A stretch of 64,000 bases of DNA from Escherichia coli (GCF_003790525.1 NZ_CP033635.1), one strand, 5' to 3'. Shown: positions 13,931 to 26,045, numbered from the stretch's first letter. Translations and numbers: made by a program. The notes: a model not told the origin generated them from the sequence alone.

Positions 13931-13971
13931 CAGTACATCATTTTCCTTTTTTACAGGGTGCATTTACGCCT

Positions 13972-15054
13972 ATGAAGCCTTCTATCGTTGCCAAACTGGA
14001 AGCCCTGCATGAACGCCATGAAGAAGTTCAGGCGTTGCTGGGTGACGCGCAAACTATCGCCGACCAGGAACGTTTTCGCGCATTATCACGCGAATATGCG
14101 CAGTTAAGTGATGTTTCGCGCTGTTTTACCGACTGGCAACAGGTTCAGGAAGATATCGAAACCGCACAGATGATGCTCGACGATCCTGAAATGCGTGAGA
14201 TGGCGCAGGATGAACTGCGCGAAGCTAAAGAAAAAAGCGAGCAACTGGAACAGCAATTACAGGTTCTGTTACTACCAAAAGATCCTGATGACGAACGTAA
14301 CGCCTTCCTCGAAGTCCGTGCCGGAACCGGCGGCGACGAAGCGGCGCTGTTCGCTGGCGATCTGTTCCGTATGTACAGCCGTTACGCCGAAGCCCGCCGC
14401 TGGCGTGTAGAAATCATGAGCGCCAGCGAGGGTGAACATGGTGGTTATAAAGAGATCATCGCCAAAATTAGCGGTGATGGTGTATATGGTCGTTTGAAAT
14501 TCGAATCTGGCGGTCATCGCGTGCAGCGTGTTCCTGCTACGGAATCGCAGGGTCGTATTCATACTTCTGCTTGTACCGTTGCGGTAATGCCAGAACTGCC
14601 TGACGCAGAACTGCCGGACATCAACCCAGCAGATTTGCGCATTGATACTTTCCGCTCGTCAGGGGCGGGGGGGCAGCACGTTAACACCACCGATTCGGCA
14701 ATTCGTATTACTCACTTGCCGACCGGAATTGTTGTTGAATGTCAGGACGAACGTTCACAACATAAAAACAAAGCTAAAGCACTTTCTGTACTCGGTGCTC
14801 GTATCCACGCTGCTGAAATGGCAAAACGGCAACAGGCCGAAGCGTCTACCCGTCGTAACCTGCTGGGGAGTGGCGATCGCAGCGACCGTAACCGTACTTA
14901 CAACTTCCCGCAGGGGCGCGTTACCGATCACCGCATCAACCTGACGCTCTACCGCCTGGATGAAGTGATGGAAGGTAAGCTGGATATGCTAATTGAACCG
15001 ATTATCCAGGAACATCAGGCCGACCAACTGGCGGCGTTGTCCGAGCAGGAATAA
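13972..15054 (+). CDS. prfA: Peptide chain release factor 1
   Basis: ORF track; 360 aa, contains GGQ motif (SGAGGQHVN). Confidence 0.95.
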
Positions 15055-15887
15055 TGGAATATCAACACTGGTTACGTGAAGCAATAAGCCAACTTCAGGC
15101 GAGCGAAAGCCCGCGGCGTGATGCTGAAATCCTGCTGGCGCATGTTACCGGCAAAGGGCGTACTTTTATTCTCGCCTTTGGTGAAACGCAGCTGACTGAC
15201 GAACAATGTCAGCAACTTGATGCGCTACTGACGCGTCGTCGCGATGGTGAACCTATTGCTCATTTAACCGGGGTGCGAGAATTCTGGTCGCTGCCGTTAT
15301 TTGTTTCGCCAGCGACCTTAATTCCGCGCCCGGATACGGAGTGTCTGGTGGAGCAGGCACTGGCGCGGTTGCCTGAACAGCCTTGCCGTATTCTCGATCT
15401 CGGGACGGGTACCGGGGCGATTGCGCTGGCGCTGGCTAGCGAGCGCCCGGACTGCGAAATTACCGCTGTAGATTGTATGCCTGATGCTGTCTCTCTGGCG
15501 CAACGTAATGCCCAGAATCTGGCGATCAAAAATATCCACATTCTGCAAAGTGACTGGTTTAGCGCGCTAGCCGGGCAGCAGTTTGCGATGATTGTCAGCA
15601 ATCCGCCGTATATTGACGAGCAGGACCCACATCTTCAACAAGGCGATGTCCGCTTTGAGCCGCTCACTGCACTGGTTGCGGCTGACAGTGGAATGGCCGA
15701 CATCGTGCATATCATCGAACAGTCGCGTAACGCGCTGGTATCCGGCGGCTTTCTGCTTCTGGAACATGGCTGGCAGCAGGGCGAAGCGGTGCGACAGGCA
15801 TTTATCCACGCGGGATATCATGACGTCGAAACCTGTCGGGACTATGGTGATAACGAGCGCGTAACGCTCGGCCGCTATTATCAATGA
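15054..15887 (+). CDS. prmC: Release factor glutamine methyltransferase PrmC (HemK)
   Basis: ORF track; 277 aa with NPPY motif (VSNPPYIDE); start overlaps prfA stop. Confidence 0.9.
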   Translation: MEYQHWLREAISQLQASESPRRDAEILLAHVTGKGRTFILAFGETQLTDEQCQQLDALLTRRRDGEPIAHLTGVREFWSLPLFVSPATLIPRPDTECLVEQALARLPEQPCRILDLGTGTGAIALALASERPDCEITAVDCMPDAVSLAQRNAQNLAIKNIHILQSDWFSALAGQQFAMIVSNPPYIDEQDPHLQQGDVRFEPLTALVAADSGMADIVHIIEQSRNALVSGGFLLLEHGWQQGEAVRQAFIHAGYHDVETCRDYGDNERVTLGRYYQ

Positions 15888-16276
15888 CAAGTTTTTCTAC
15901 ACTGCTTAGCGTTCATCTCATTAGCATTGCGCTTTCTGTAGGGCTATTAACCTTACGTTTCTGGCTACGTTATCAGAAACATCCACAGGCTTTTGCTCGT
16001 TGGACGCGCATTGTGCCGCCGGTTGTCGATACGCTGTTATTGTTAAGCGGCATTGCGTTGATGGCTAAAGCGCACATCCTGCCATTTTCCGGGCAGGCAC
16101 AGTGGCTGACTGAAAAGCTGTTTGGAGTTATCATTTATATCGTTTTGGGTTTTATTGCACTCGATTATCGTCGTATGCACAGTCAGCAGGCGCGCATTAT
16201 TGCCTTCCCGCTGGCGTTGGTGGTGCTGTACATCATCATTAAACTCGCCACCACAAAAGTACCGTTACTGGGGTAA
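15884..16276 (+). CDS. ychQ: Inner-membrane protein YchQ (SirB2 family)
   Basis: ORF track; 130 aa hydrophobic; 4-nt overlap with prmC. Confidence 0.8.
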   Translation: MTSFSTLLSVHLISIALSVGLLTLRFWLRYQKHPQAFARWTRIVPPVVDTLLLLSGIALMAKAHILPFSGQAQWLTEKLFGVIIYIVLGFIALDYRRMHSQQARIIAFPLALVVLYIIIKLATTKVPLLG

Positions 16277-16279
16277 GTC

Positions 16280-17089
16280 ATGAGATCGTTAGCTGATTTC
16301 GAATTTAATAAAGCGCCATTGTGCGAAGGCATGATCCTGGCTTGCGAAGCAATCCGCCGCGATTTTCCCTCGCAAGATGTTTACGACGAACTGGAGCGTC
16401 TCGTTAGTCTGGCGAAGGAAGAAATCAGCCAGCTTCTGCCTTTAGAAGAACAGCTGGAAAAACTGATCGCGCTGTTTTACGGCGACTGGGGATTTAAAGC
16501 CTCACGCGGCGTTTATCGTCTTTCCGATGCATTATGGCTGGACCAGGTGTTAAAGAATCGACAGGGCAGTGCGGTATCATTAGGTGCCGTTTTATTATGG
16601 GTCGCGAATCGTCTCGATTTGCCGCTGCTGCCGGTGATTTTCCCTACGCAGCTGATATTGCGCATTGAATGTCCGGATGGCGAAATTTGGCTGATTAATC
16701 CTTTTAACGGTGAATCGTTAAGTGAACATATGCTGGATGTGTGGTTAAAGGGAAATATCAGCCCGTCGGCGGAACTGTTTTATGAAGACCTTGATGAAGC
16801 TGATAACATTGAGGTAATCCGCAAATTGCTGGATACACTCAAAGCCTCGTTGATGGAAGAAAATCAGATGGAGCTGGCGCTACGTACCAGCGAAGCTTTA
16901 TTACAATTTAACCCGGAAGATCCCTATGAAATTCGCGATCGCGGGTTGATTTATGCGCAACTGGATTGCGAACACGTTGCGTTGAACGATTTAAGTTATT
17001 TCGTTGAACAGTGTCCGGAAGACCCGATCAGCGAAATGATCCGTGCGCAAATAAATAACATCGCGCATAAACATATTGTGCTGCATTAA
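16280..17089 (+). CDS. ychA: YchA (SirB1 family, transglutaminase-like/TPR)
   Basis: ORF track; 269 aa; conserved position upstream of kdsA. Confidence 0.8.
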   Translation: MRSLADFEFNKAPLCEGMILACEAIRRDFPSQDVYDELERLVSLAKEEISQLLPLEEQLEKLIALFYGDWGFKASRGVYRLSDALWLDQVLKNRQGSAVSLGAVLLWVANRLDLPLLPVIFPTQLILRIECPDGEIWLINPFNGESLSEHMLDVWLKGNISPSAELFYEDLDEADNIEVIRKLLDTLKASLMEENQMELALRTSEALLQFNPEDPYEIRDRGLIYAQLDCEHVALNDLSYFVEQCPEDPISEMIRAQINNIAHKHIVLH

Positions 17090-17115
17090 TTAATCGACAT
17101 TTTACTCAAGATTAA

Positions 17116-17979
<864 letters not shown>

Positions 17980-18000
17980 TCTTTTTTGCTTGAAAAATAA

Positions 18001-18030
18001 AGTCTTAGCGTTCTGCGTTAAGACTTTTTT
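18001..18030 (+). terminator. Putative rho-independent terminator of kdsA
   Basis: Imperfect hairpin agtcttagcg..cgttaagact followed by T6, about 20 nt after kdsA stop. Confidence 0.6.
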
Positions 18031-18127
18031 CATGGGTGCCGGATACAAAAAAGGCCGCAGGCTATTACCTCTGCGGCCGGTTTCGGGCGCATATTGCCAT
18101 CACGGCAGCCTGACGCCCGTTTTCACC

Positions 18128-18235
18128 TTACTTCCGGTTACGCCACCAGCTGACAATCGCTGCGGTAATAATTCCCGCCAGGATCGGTGCTGCCAGGTCG
18201 TGCCAGAAAGTCATGGCAAACTGCGTGAGCGTCAT
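18128..18235 (-). CDS. ldr: Ldr-family small toxic peptide (35 aa)
   Basis: Reverse-strand ORF MTLTQFAMTFWHDLAAPILAGIITAAIVSWWRNRK; too short for ORF track; read directly. Confidence 0.8.
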   Translation of the reverse strand: MTLTQFAMTFWHDLAAPILAGIITAAIVSWWRNRK

Positions 18236-18282
18236 ATAGCCGCCTTGTTGTAATGACAACATTTTGCGGCTATTCTTGAATT

Positions 18283-18348
18283 GTTCTGGTTCAAGATTAG
18301 CCCCCGTTCTGTTGTCAGGTTGTACCTCTCAACGTGCGGGGGTTTTCT
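18283..18348 (+). ncRNA. rdl: Rdl-like antisense RNA (approximate boundaries)
   Basis: Plus-strand segment ending in cccccg...cggggg hairpin plus U-run, antisense to the ldr 5' leader; start inferred from expected ~66 nt length. Confidence 0.4.
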
Positions 18349-18662
18349 CTTTCCAGCAACCAATGCCACCAGGGATAAAGCCCCCGCAACATTGCGCCTC
18401 ACCGGATAACTCCGGCTTGGTGTGGATACTACGTCTCAATTCATCTTCACTTCATCCCTGAAATGTTTGCAATGAAGAGTGCATTCCGGTTTTTCAACAG
18501 CTGTTACAGTCGTTTCATGAGTGCTCTGGATGATGCTTCCAGCTCGGGTTGCCAATATTTACTTGCAGAAGAGATAAAGACAAAAAGGGCCGCAGGCTGT
18601 TACCCCTGCGGCCGGTTTCGGGCGCATATTGCCATCACGGCAGCCTGACGCCCGTTTTCACC

Positions 18663-18770
18663 TTACTTCCGGTTACGCCACCAGCTGACAATCACTGCGG
18701 TAATAATCCCCGCCAGGATCGGTGCCGCCAGGTCGTGCCAGAAAATCATGGCAAACTGCGCGAGCGTCAT
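18663..18770 (-). CDS. ldr: Ldr-family small toxic peptide (35 aa), second copy
   Basis: Reverse-strand ORF MTLAQFAMIFWHDLAAPILAGIITAVIVSWWRNRK. Confidence 0.8.
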   Translation of the reverse strand: MTLAQFAMIFWHDLAAPILAGIITAVIVSWWRNRK

Positions 18771-18818
18771 ATAGCCGCCTTGTTGTAATGACAACATTTT
18801 GCGGCTATTCTTGAATTG

Positions 18819-18884
18819 TTGATGGTTCAAGATTAGCCCCCGTTCTGTTGTCAGGTTTTACCTCTCAACGTGCGGGGGTTTTCT
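18819..18884 (+). ncRNA. rdl: Rdl-like antisense RNA, second copy (approximate)
   Basis: Same hairpin plus U-run terminator as copy 1 in repeat unit 2. Confidence 0.4.
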
Positions 18885-19175
18885 CTTTCCAGCAACCAAT
18901 GCCACCAGGGATAAAGCCCCCGCAACATTGCGCCTCACCGGATAACGCCGGCTTGGTGTGGATATTACGTCTCAATTCATCTTCACTTCATCCCTGAAAT
19001 GTTTGCAATAAAGAGTACATTCCGGCTTTTCAACAGCTGTTGCAGTGGTTTCGTGCAGGTTGTGGTACAGGCTCGCAATTCTGATTAACGACCTGTTCAG
19101 GTAGTATGAAGAAATACAATAAGCAGGAATTTATATTATCTCCCCCGATTTCTGTCATCAGAGGAGATATAACTG

Positions 19176-20276
19176 TCAGGCAAATATCGTCATCAAATAG
19201 GCGGCAAACAGTGCCAGATGCGCTGCGCCATTGAGCACGTTAGTTCGTCCGGTGGAGAAGGAGATATGGCACAGTACTAAAGAGGCCACCATCACCACCA
19301 TTTCTGGCGCACCAAGTGCAAACTGTAATTCGTTACCCGTCATAAAGGCAATTAACGTGACGACAGGTACGGTAAGCGAAATGGTTGCTAACACTGAACC
19401 AAAGAACAGATTCATCGCGCGCTGGACCTGGTTATTCAACACTGCTTTTAACGCACCTAAACCTTCCGGCGACAGAATCAACAGAGCCACCAGGAAGCCA
19501 GTAAAGGCGACAGGCGCATTCATGCTGTCGAGCAATGTCTCCAGCGAGCTGGCGTTCATTTTGGTCACCGCAATAACGGCAATCAGATGGATAATCAACC
19601 AGATAGCATGCCACAGGCTGCTATGGGCAGACGGTTTACCGTGATGCGGGTCGTCATCATCACTGTCATCTTCGTGCTCGTAGACAAACAAACTTTGATG
19701 CGTTTTGGTCTGGATCAGCAAAAATACGCCATACATTGCCGCAGAAATTAATGCTACCAGTAACGCCTGACCGGTTGAAAAATTCGCCGCAGGCAGAGCC
19801 ATTGGAAATACCAGTACGATTATCGCCAGGGGGAACAGCGCAATTAAATACTGCTTGATACCAAACAGATTCATATATTGGGTGGCAAACTTGCGTCCGC
19901 CCAACAATAATGAAAAGCCAACCAGCCCACCGGTAACAATCATAATGATTGAATAGAGCGTATCACGCATTAGCGTTGGCGCGGCGTCGCCGGTTGCCAT
20001 TAAAGCTGAAATCAAACTGACTTCAAGAATAACCACTGAAAGGCTAAGAATAAGCGAACCGTAAGGTTCTCCCAGGCGATGGGCTAATACGTCCGCATGA
20101 CGGACAACACTAAAGGCGCTACTTAAAATACCAATAAGAGCAAGAAGATTGATGCCAATGACCACTGGTAGTGTCTGGCTGCTTCCCCACAGGAACAGCA
20201 CTACCAGCGCCAGAACCGGGAAAATAAGCGAAGTCTCCTTGTGGCGGGTTTTTACCGCCTCTTGAGCATTTGACAT
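19176..20276 (-). CDS. chaA: Na+(K+)/H+ and Ca2+/H+ antiporter ChaA
   Basis: ORF track 19176..20363; trimmed to MSNAQEAVKTRHKETSLIFPVL, 366 aa. Confidence 0.9.
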   Translation of the reverse strand: MSNAQEAVKTRHKETSLIFPVLALVVLFLWGSSQTLPVVIGINLLALIGILSSAFSVVRHADVLAHRLGEPYGSLILSLSVVILEVSLISALMATGDAAPTLMRDTLYSIIMIVTGGLVGFSLLLGGRKFATQYMNLFGIKQYLIALFPLAIIVLVFPMALPAANFSTGQALLVALISAAMYGVFLLIQTKTHQSLFVYEHEDDSDDDDPHHGKPSAHSSLWHAIWLIIHLIAVIAVTKMNASSLETLLDSMNAPVAFTGFLVALLILSPEGLGALKAVLNNQVQRAMNLFFGSVLATISLTVPVVTLIAFMTGNELQFALGAPEMVVMVASLVLCHISFSTGRTNVLNGAAHLALFAAYLMTIFA

Positions 20277-20545
20277 TATGGTTATCCCTTTGCAGATGAA
20301 TTTATCGAAAATGTAAAAAATAGGTAGGAAAAATAACAGAAAGTGTCTGGATATCGGTAACATTTTACGAATTTTTACCCCGCTGTCGATTTTTTACTCA
20401 TCGGGCCATAAAAATAAGCAATGCGTTTAGACAATGTTTGTTTTAGCACTCCTTAAGAAGAGTCTGACATGAAAATTCTTATGTTTTGGCAAGAGTAGAT
20501 ATTGTTGACCACACTTAATGTTCAACTTTGTAAAAGGAGTCAACG

Positions 20546-20776
20546 ATGCCGTATAAAACGAAAAGCGATCTGCCGGAAAGCGTAAAGCACGTTCTACCGT
20601 CTCATGCCCAGGATATCTATAAAGAAGCGTTCAACAGCGCATGGGATCAATATAAAGATAAAGAAGATCGGCGTGATGACGCCAGTCGCGAAGAAACCGC
20701 GCATAAAGTGGCCTGGGCTGCTGTGAAGCATGAATATGCCAAAGGGGATGATGATAAATGGCATAAAAAATCGTAA
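20546..20776 (+). CDS. chaB: Cation transport regulator ChaB
   Basis: ORF track; 76 aa MPYKTKSDLPESVKHVLPSHAQDIYK. Confidence 0.9.
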   Translation: MPYKTKSDLPESVKHVLPSHAQDIYKEAFNSAWDQYKDKEDRRDDASREETAHKVAWAAVKHEYAKGDDDKWHKKS

Positions 20777-20933
20777 AACCGGTAGCTTAGTTAAAGCTAT
20801 TCGTGCGGTGTTGCCTTGCAAGTGGTCCGTGGATTGCATATTGTCCCGTTAGTGGTTTCAAAATGAGCAGTAAAAATGTCCGGAAGACACCAAAAAGTTG
20901 TCGCAGGGAAGTATGCAGTGGCGGAGGTGTAAG

Positions 20934-21629
20934 GTGATAACGCGTGATTTCTTGATGAATGCCGATTGTAAAACGGCATTTGGTGCCATTGAAGAATCAC
21001 TCTTATGGTCAGCAGAGCAACGGGCGGCTTCGCTGGCGGCGACGCTGGCTTGTCGACCTGATGAGGGACCGGTGTGGATCTTCGGTTATGGATCGTTGAT
21101 GTGGAATCCGGCACTGGAGTTTACCGAGTCGTGCACCGGTACACTGGTTGGATGGCATCGCGCGTTTTGCCTGCGCCTGACCGCCGGGCGCGGGACTGCG
21201 CACCAGCCGGGACGGATGCTTGCACTGAAAGAGGGCGGACGCACCACAGGCGTCGCCTATCGACTGCCAGAAGAGACGCTGGAGCAGGAACTAACCCTGT
21301 TGTGGAAGCGCGAGATGATTACCGGCTGTTATCTGCCAACCTGGTGTCAGCTTGATCTTGATGATGGACGCACAGTAAACGCCATTGTGTTTATTATGGA
21401 CCCGCGACATCCAGAATATGAATCTGACACTCGCGCTCAGGTCATCGCGCCGTTGATTGCGGCGGCGAGCGGTCCGCTGGGAACCAACGCACAATACCTG
21501 TTTTCACTGGAACAGGAGCTTATCAAACTGGGAATGCAGGACGATGGGCTGAATGATTTGCTGGTATCGGTAAAAAAACTGCTGGCGGAGAATTATCCGG
21601 ATGCTGTGTTACGGCCGGGATTCGCCTGA
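20934..21629 (+). CDS. chaC: Glutathione-specific gamma-glutamylcyclotransferase ChaC
   Basis: ORF track 20898..21629; trimmed to GTG start giving (M)ITRDFLMNADCKTAFG, 231 aa. Confidence 0.8.
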   Translation: MITRDFLMNADCKTAFGAIEESLLWSAEQRAASLAATLACRPDEGPVWIFGYGSLMWNPALEFTESCTGTLVGWHRAFCLRLTAGRGTAHQPGRMLALKEGGRTTGVAYRLPEETLEQELTLLWKREMITGCYLPTWCQLDLDDGRTVNAIVFIMDPRHPEYESDTRAQVIAPLIAAASGPLGTNAQYLFSLEQELIKLGMQDDGLNDLLVSVKKLLAENYPDAVLRPGFA

Positions 21630-21672
21630 GTAAACTTCCCTCATAGTGGGGCGTCAGACGCCCCCTCAAACA

Positions 21673-22026
21673 TTAAAATGTGAGCACTTTATCGGCTGAC
21701 AGCGTCCATTGCGCCAGTTCAACAAGAGTACCGATTTCCACCCCATCAATCAGAGGAAGTGTGCTAATCCCGCGTCCGTCAGTACAGGTTTTGCACAATT
21801 TCACCGGTACATTCTGAGCGGTAAGGATCTCCAGCATTTGCTGAATGTTGTAGCCTTCCCCTGGTTTTTGCCCGCGCAACCCGGCTGTGACCGCATCAGA
21901 CATCAGGAACAGACGCAGATCCAGATTGCTCTCCTGCTCTCGTAACGCAATGGCCAGCCGCAAGCTGTTAAACAAGGATTCGCTCCCGTAAGGTGCTCCA
22001 TTGGCAACGATCACGATTTTTTGCAT
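21673..22026 (-). CDS. ychN: DsrE/DsrF-like protein YchN
   Basis: ORF track; 117 aa MQKIVIVANGAPYGSESLFNSLRLA. Confidence 0.9.
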   Translation of the reverse strand: MQKIVIVANGAPYGSESLFNSLRLAIALREQESNLDLRLFLMSDAVTAGLRGQKPGEGYNIQQMLEILTAQNVPVKLCKTCTDGRGISTLPLIDGVEIGTLVELAQWTLSADKVLTF

Positions 22027-22074
22027 TATTTACTCCTGTATTCAGGGAATTAGACACTCATCTTCTATCTTACC

Positions 22075-22201
<127 letters not shown>

Positions 22202-22210
22202 ACCGACGTT

Positions 22211-23605
22211 TTGAGCCGTTTCGTTCCTCGCATTATTCCGTTTTATTTACTCTTGCTGGCGGCAGGCGGTACAGCTAACGCACAATCTACCTTCGAGCAA
22301 AAAGCGGCAAATCCCTTTGATAATAACAATGATGGTCTGCCGGATTTAGGCATGGCACCTGAAAATCATGATGGGGAAAAACACTTTGCGGAAATTGTGA
22401 AAGATTTCGGCGAAACCAGTATGAATGATAACGGGCTGGATACTGGCGAGCAGGCAAAAGCTTTCGCATTAGGAAAAGTCCGCGACGCGCTTAGTCAACA
22501 GGTTAATCAGCACGTAGAGTCCTGGCTATCACCGTGGGGAAATGCCAGTGTTGACGTCAAAGTGGATAACGAAGGACATTTCACCGGCAGTCGCGGAAGC
22601 TGGTTTGTGCCGTTACAAGATAATGATCGTTATCTCACCTGGAGCCAGCTTGGTCTTACTCAGCAGGATGATGGCTTGGTGAGCAATGTGGGCGTAGGGC
22701 AACGCTGGGCGCGCGGCAACTGGCTGGTGGGTTATAACACTTTTTATGACAACTTGCTGGACGAAAATCTTCAGCGAGCGGGCTTTGGTGCCGAAGCGTG
22801 GGGCGAATATTTGCGACTATCGGCAAACTTTTATCAGCCGTTTGCTGCATGGCATGAACAGACAGCCACGCAGGAACAGCGGATGGCGCGCGGGTACGAC
22901 CTGACAGCCCGGATGCGCATGCCGTTCTATCAACACCTCAATACCAGTGTCAGCGTAGAACAGTATTTTGGTGATCGTGTCGATTTGTTTAACTCTGGTA
23001 CGGGTTATCACAATCCCGTCGCGTTGAGTCTGGGATTAAATTACACCCCTGTGCCCTTAGTCACTGTGACGGCCCGGCATAAACAGGGTGAAAGTGGCGA
23101 GAATCAAAATAACCTCGGGCTGAATCTTAACTACCGCTTTGGTGTACCGCTCAAAAAACAACTTTCTGCGGGCGAAGTTGCCGAAAGTCAGTCGTTACGT
23201 GGTAGTCGCTATGACAATCCGCAGCGAAATAATCTTCCGACTCTTGAGTACCGACAGCGAAAAACCTTAACGGTGTTTCTGGCGACACCGCCGTGGGATC
23301 TAAAACCTGGCGAAACAGTGCCGCTGAAATTACAAATCCGCAGTCGTTACGGTATTCGGCAACTGATTTGGCAGGGCGATACGCAGATATTAAGTTTGAC
23401 GCCGGGCGCACAAGCCAACAGTGAGGAGGGCTGGACGCTGATCATGCCTGACTGGCAAAACGGGGAAGGCGCAAGCAATCACTGGCGATTGTCAGTAGTG
23501 GTGGAAGATAACCAGGGGCAGCGTGTCTCCTCCAATGAGATCACGCTAACGCTTGTCGAACCGTTCGACGCATTGTCAAACGACGAACTGCGCTGGGAAC
23601 CGTAA
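22211..23605 (+). CDS. ychO: Putative invasin/intimin-family outer-membrane protein YchO
   Basis: ORF track (TTG start); N-terminal signal peptide ...LLLAAGGTANA-QST; 464 aa; start codon uncertain. Confidence 0.7.
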   Translation: MSRFVPRIIPFYLLLLAAGGTANAQSTFEQKAANPFDNNNDGLPDLGMAPENHDGEKHFAEIVKDFGETSMNDNGLDTGEQAKAFALGKVRDALSQQVNQHVESWLSPWGNASVDVKVDNEGHFTGSRGSWFVPLQDNDRYLTWSQLGLTQQDDGLVSNVGVGQRWARGNWLVGYNTFYDNLLDENLQRAGFGAEAWGEYLRLSANFYQPFAAWHEQTATQEQRMARGYDLTARMRMPFYQHLNTSVSVEQYFGDRVDLFNSGTGYHNPVALSLGLNYTPVPLVTVTARHKQGESGENQNNLGLNLNYRFGVPLKKQLSAGEVAESQSLRGSRYDNPQRNNLPTLEYRQRKTLTVFLATPPWDLKPGETVPLKLQIRSRYGIRQLIWQGDTQILSLTPGAQANSEEGWTLIMPDWQNGEGASNHWRLSVVVEDNQGQRVSSNEITLTLVEPFDALSNDELRWEP

Positions 23606-24256
23606 TCAGAAAATGCGCTCCTGATGCACCCATACCGCAGCTTCCACGCGAGACTTGAGCTTCATTTTCTTCAGCATGTGCTTGACGTGCACTTTTACTG
23701 TGCTTTCGGTGATATCCAGGCGGCGGGCAATCATCTTGTTCGGCAAACCCTGGGCAATCAGCTTGAGAATATCGCGCTCGCGTGGGGTTAACTGGTTAAC
23801 ATCGCGTTCAGTAGTGGCACGGTTAGCGCGCAAGCTGGCGGCCAGAACAGGCGTTAATGCTTCGCTTAATACCATTTCGCCAGCAGCTGCCTGATGCAAT
23901 GCTTTCAGCAGATCTTCCGGTTCCATATCTTTTAACAGATAGCCATCCGCGCCGCGTTTCAGTGCGGTGACCACATCTTCTTCATGGTTAGAGACGCTGA
24001 ATACCACAATGCGACCGGAGAGGGACTTTTCGCGCAGTTTATCCAGCGTTTCCAGACCGTTCATGCCGGGCATATTGAGATCTAACAGGATCAGATCGGG
24101 ATCAAGAGATTCCGCCAGTTCAATACCCTGTTCGCCATTACTCGCTTCGCCAACCACGGTGATATCTGGTGCCATACTGATAAGCTGTTTTACGCCAGTT
24201 CGCAGCATCGGGTGATCGTCGATCAGCAGGATAGTAGCCGGTTCCTGATTACTCAT
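23606..24256 (-). CDS. narL: Nitrate/nitrite response regulator NarL
   Basis: ORF track 23606..24370; trimmed to [24 protein letters not shown], 216 aa. Confidence 0.95.
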
Positions 24257-26045
24257 GGGTATCTCCTTGGACGTCTGTGAAAGTTTTTTCGGGAATAAAG
24301 GTGACAACCACTTCGGTGCCACCTGATTCACGACGGCGGACGCGGCAATCGCCTCGTAAACTTTGCGCACGGTCGCGCATTATTATCATGCCGTAGTGAT
24401 TGCTGCGGATGGCATTTTCAGGCACGCCGCAGCCGTTATCCTGGACGGTCAGTTTGACCTGATTATCGTTTTGCGCCACCGTCACCACGACCTCACTCGC
24501 TTGCGAATGTTTGAGGGCGTTACTTAATGCCTCACGGGCAATTTGCAACAAGTGGATTGCCTGATGCGAAGGCACCAGACGAGGCGGCAATTGATAATCC
24601 AGCTTCACCGGGAAGCCAAATTTGGCGCTGTACTCTTCGCAACTCGCCTCCAGCGCCGGACGTAATCCAGGCTCGGTGAGCTGCAAACGGAATGTGGTGA
24701 GCAATTCACGCAACTGCGCCCAGGATGCATTCAGTTCGTTACGGATCTGACTTAACAGTTCGCGGCTGCTTTCTGGCAGCGCATCGCCCTGCATCTGTAA
24801 ACAACTCACCTGCATCTTCATGCAAGAGAGAGATTGGGCAATAGAATCATGCAGTTCGCGCGCAATGGTGGCACGCTCTTCCATCACGATCAACTGTTGC
24901 TGACGTTCCTGATGGCGATCCAGCGCCAGCGTGGCGGTGAGTTGTTCAACCAGGGTATCCACCAGTTGTTGTTGATCATGGCTAAGATGACGCCCCTGCG
25001 GCAGGGTCGCCAGCAAAATACCGTACTGCGTATGAGAGTCAGCCAGCCGCCACTTCAGGGTTGTGCCGCGATCGCCAACGGGTAATATGCCGCGCGGGCA
25101 GAGCTGGCAGCCTTTATCATCACAAGTCATATCTGGCTGGCAGGTAAACTCCTGATGATTCTCTTCATCATCAGTGTCATACACCCGCAGTTCGATATCA
25201 CGTAGCAGGGTTAAATTCTGTAAGCCGTTGAGTACCGGTGACAGGCGTTCACACAGCGGGGCGCGGGAATGCAAACGGCGGTTAGCCTGCCATAAAAAAG
25301 AGAGGATCTGATTTTTATGCTCCAGCCCGGCAGTTTTCTCCTGAACCCGCTGCTCAAGTACGGCATAACTTTCGGCCAGTTCTGCAGACATATTGTTCAA
25401 TGCAGTTCCAAGCATCGCCATTTCGTTGCGCCCGCTGATGTTTGCGCGTTGGGTAAAATCGCGATGGCTGACGGCACTCGCCATTGCCAGCAGTTGCCGC
25501 CACGGTTGTAGCAGTCGCGCCCGCAACCAGATAATAGTGAACACCAGTAAAAGTGCCATAAATACCGCCATTACCCGATGGACCAGTACCACTGTCTCAA
25601 TGCGCATTTCCGTGGTGCGGTCAAAACCAGATACCAGCTGATCAAGCCCGGCAACAAACTGGCTGACATCCGCTGACACCGTTTCGCGGTTTTGTGCACG
25701 CATCAGCGCAGGGATCAGTTCATTACGCCAGTAATCTTGTAAACCCTGTAATTGCGCCAGTTGTCCGTCTCGTTCCGCTGCTCGAGTCAACTCGGCGCTA
25801 AATGCCGTTTGTTCCATTTCTTTAATTAAGGGCTTGTCTTTCTCGCTTAATGGCACTGCCGCCAACAGACGGTAACTTTGCATGCGCAGCGATCCCGCTT
25901 TGTTGATCGCATGGGCGCTGCCCTGAACGCCTTGCACCAGCCAGCCAGAAACTGCCATCCCTGCCAGTCCAATAGCAGTAGAAAGCAACACAATAAGCGC
26001 AACCTGATTAACCAGGGTGAGCGGAGAGAGACAACGTTTAAGCAT
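24249..26045 (-). CDS. narX: Nitrate/nitrite sensor histidine kinase NarX
   Basis: ORF track; 598 aa; overlaps narL start. Confidence 0.95.

Larger units (their letters stand above)
18047..18512. repeat. Long direct repeat (LDR) unit 1 carrying an ldr/rdl type I toxin-antitoxin pair
   Basis: About 465 bp nearly identical to 18582-19048 (offset about 535 bp); contains 35-codon Ldr ORF and Rdl-like terminator hairpin. Confidence 0.75.
18582..19048. repeat. Long direct repeat (LDR) unit 2
   Basis: Second near-identical copy of unit 1. Confidence 0.75.

Noticed and set aside
17990-18788. Plus-strand ORFs of 87 and 79 aa within the LDR repeats
   Set aside because: They overlap the ldr peptide genes on the opposite strand and appear twice only because the repeat is duplicated; the established coding units here are the 35-aa Ldr peptides and Rdl RNAs.
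17980-19175. Possible CRISPR array suggested by tandem repeats
   Set aside because: Repeat units are about 465 bp and encode ldr/rdl; there are no short (28-37 bp) repeats alternating with unique spacers anywhere in the window.
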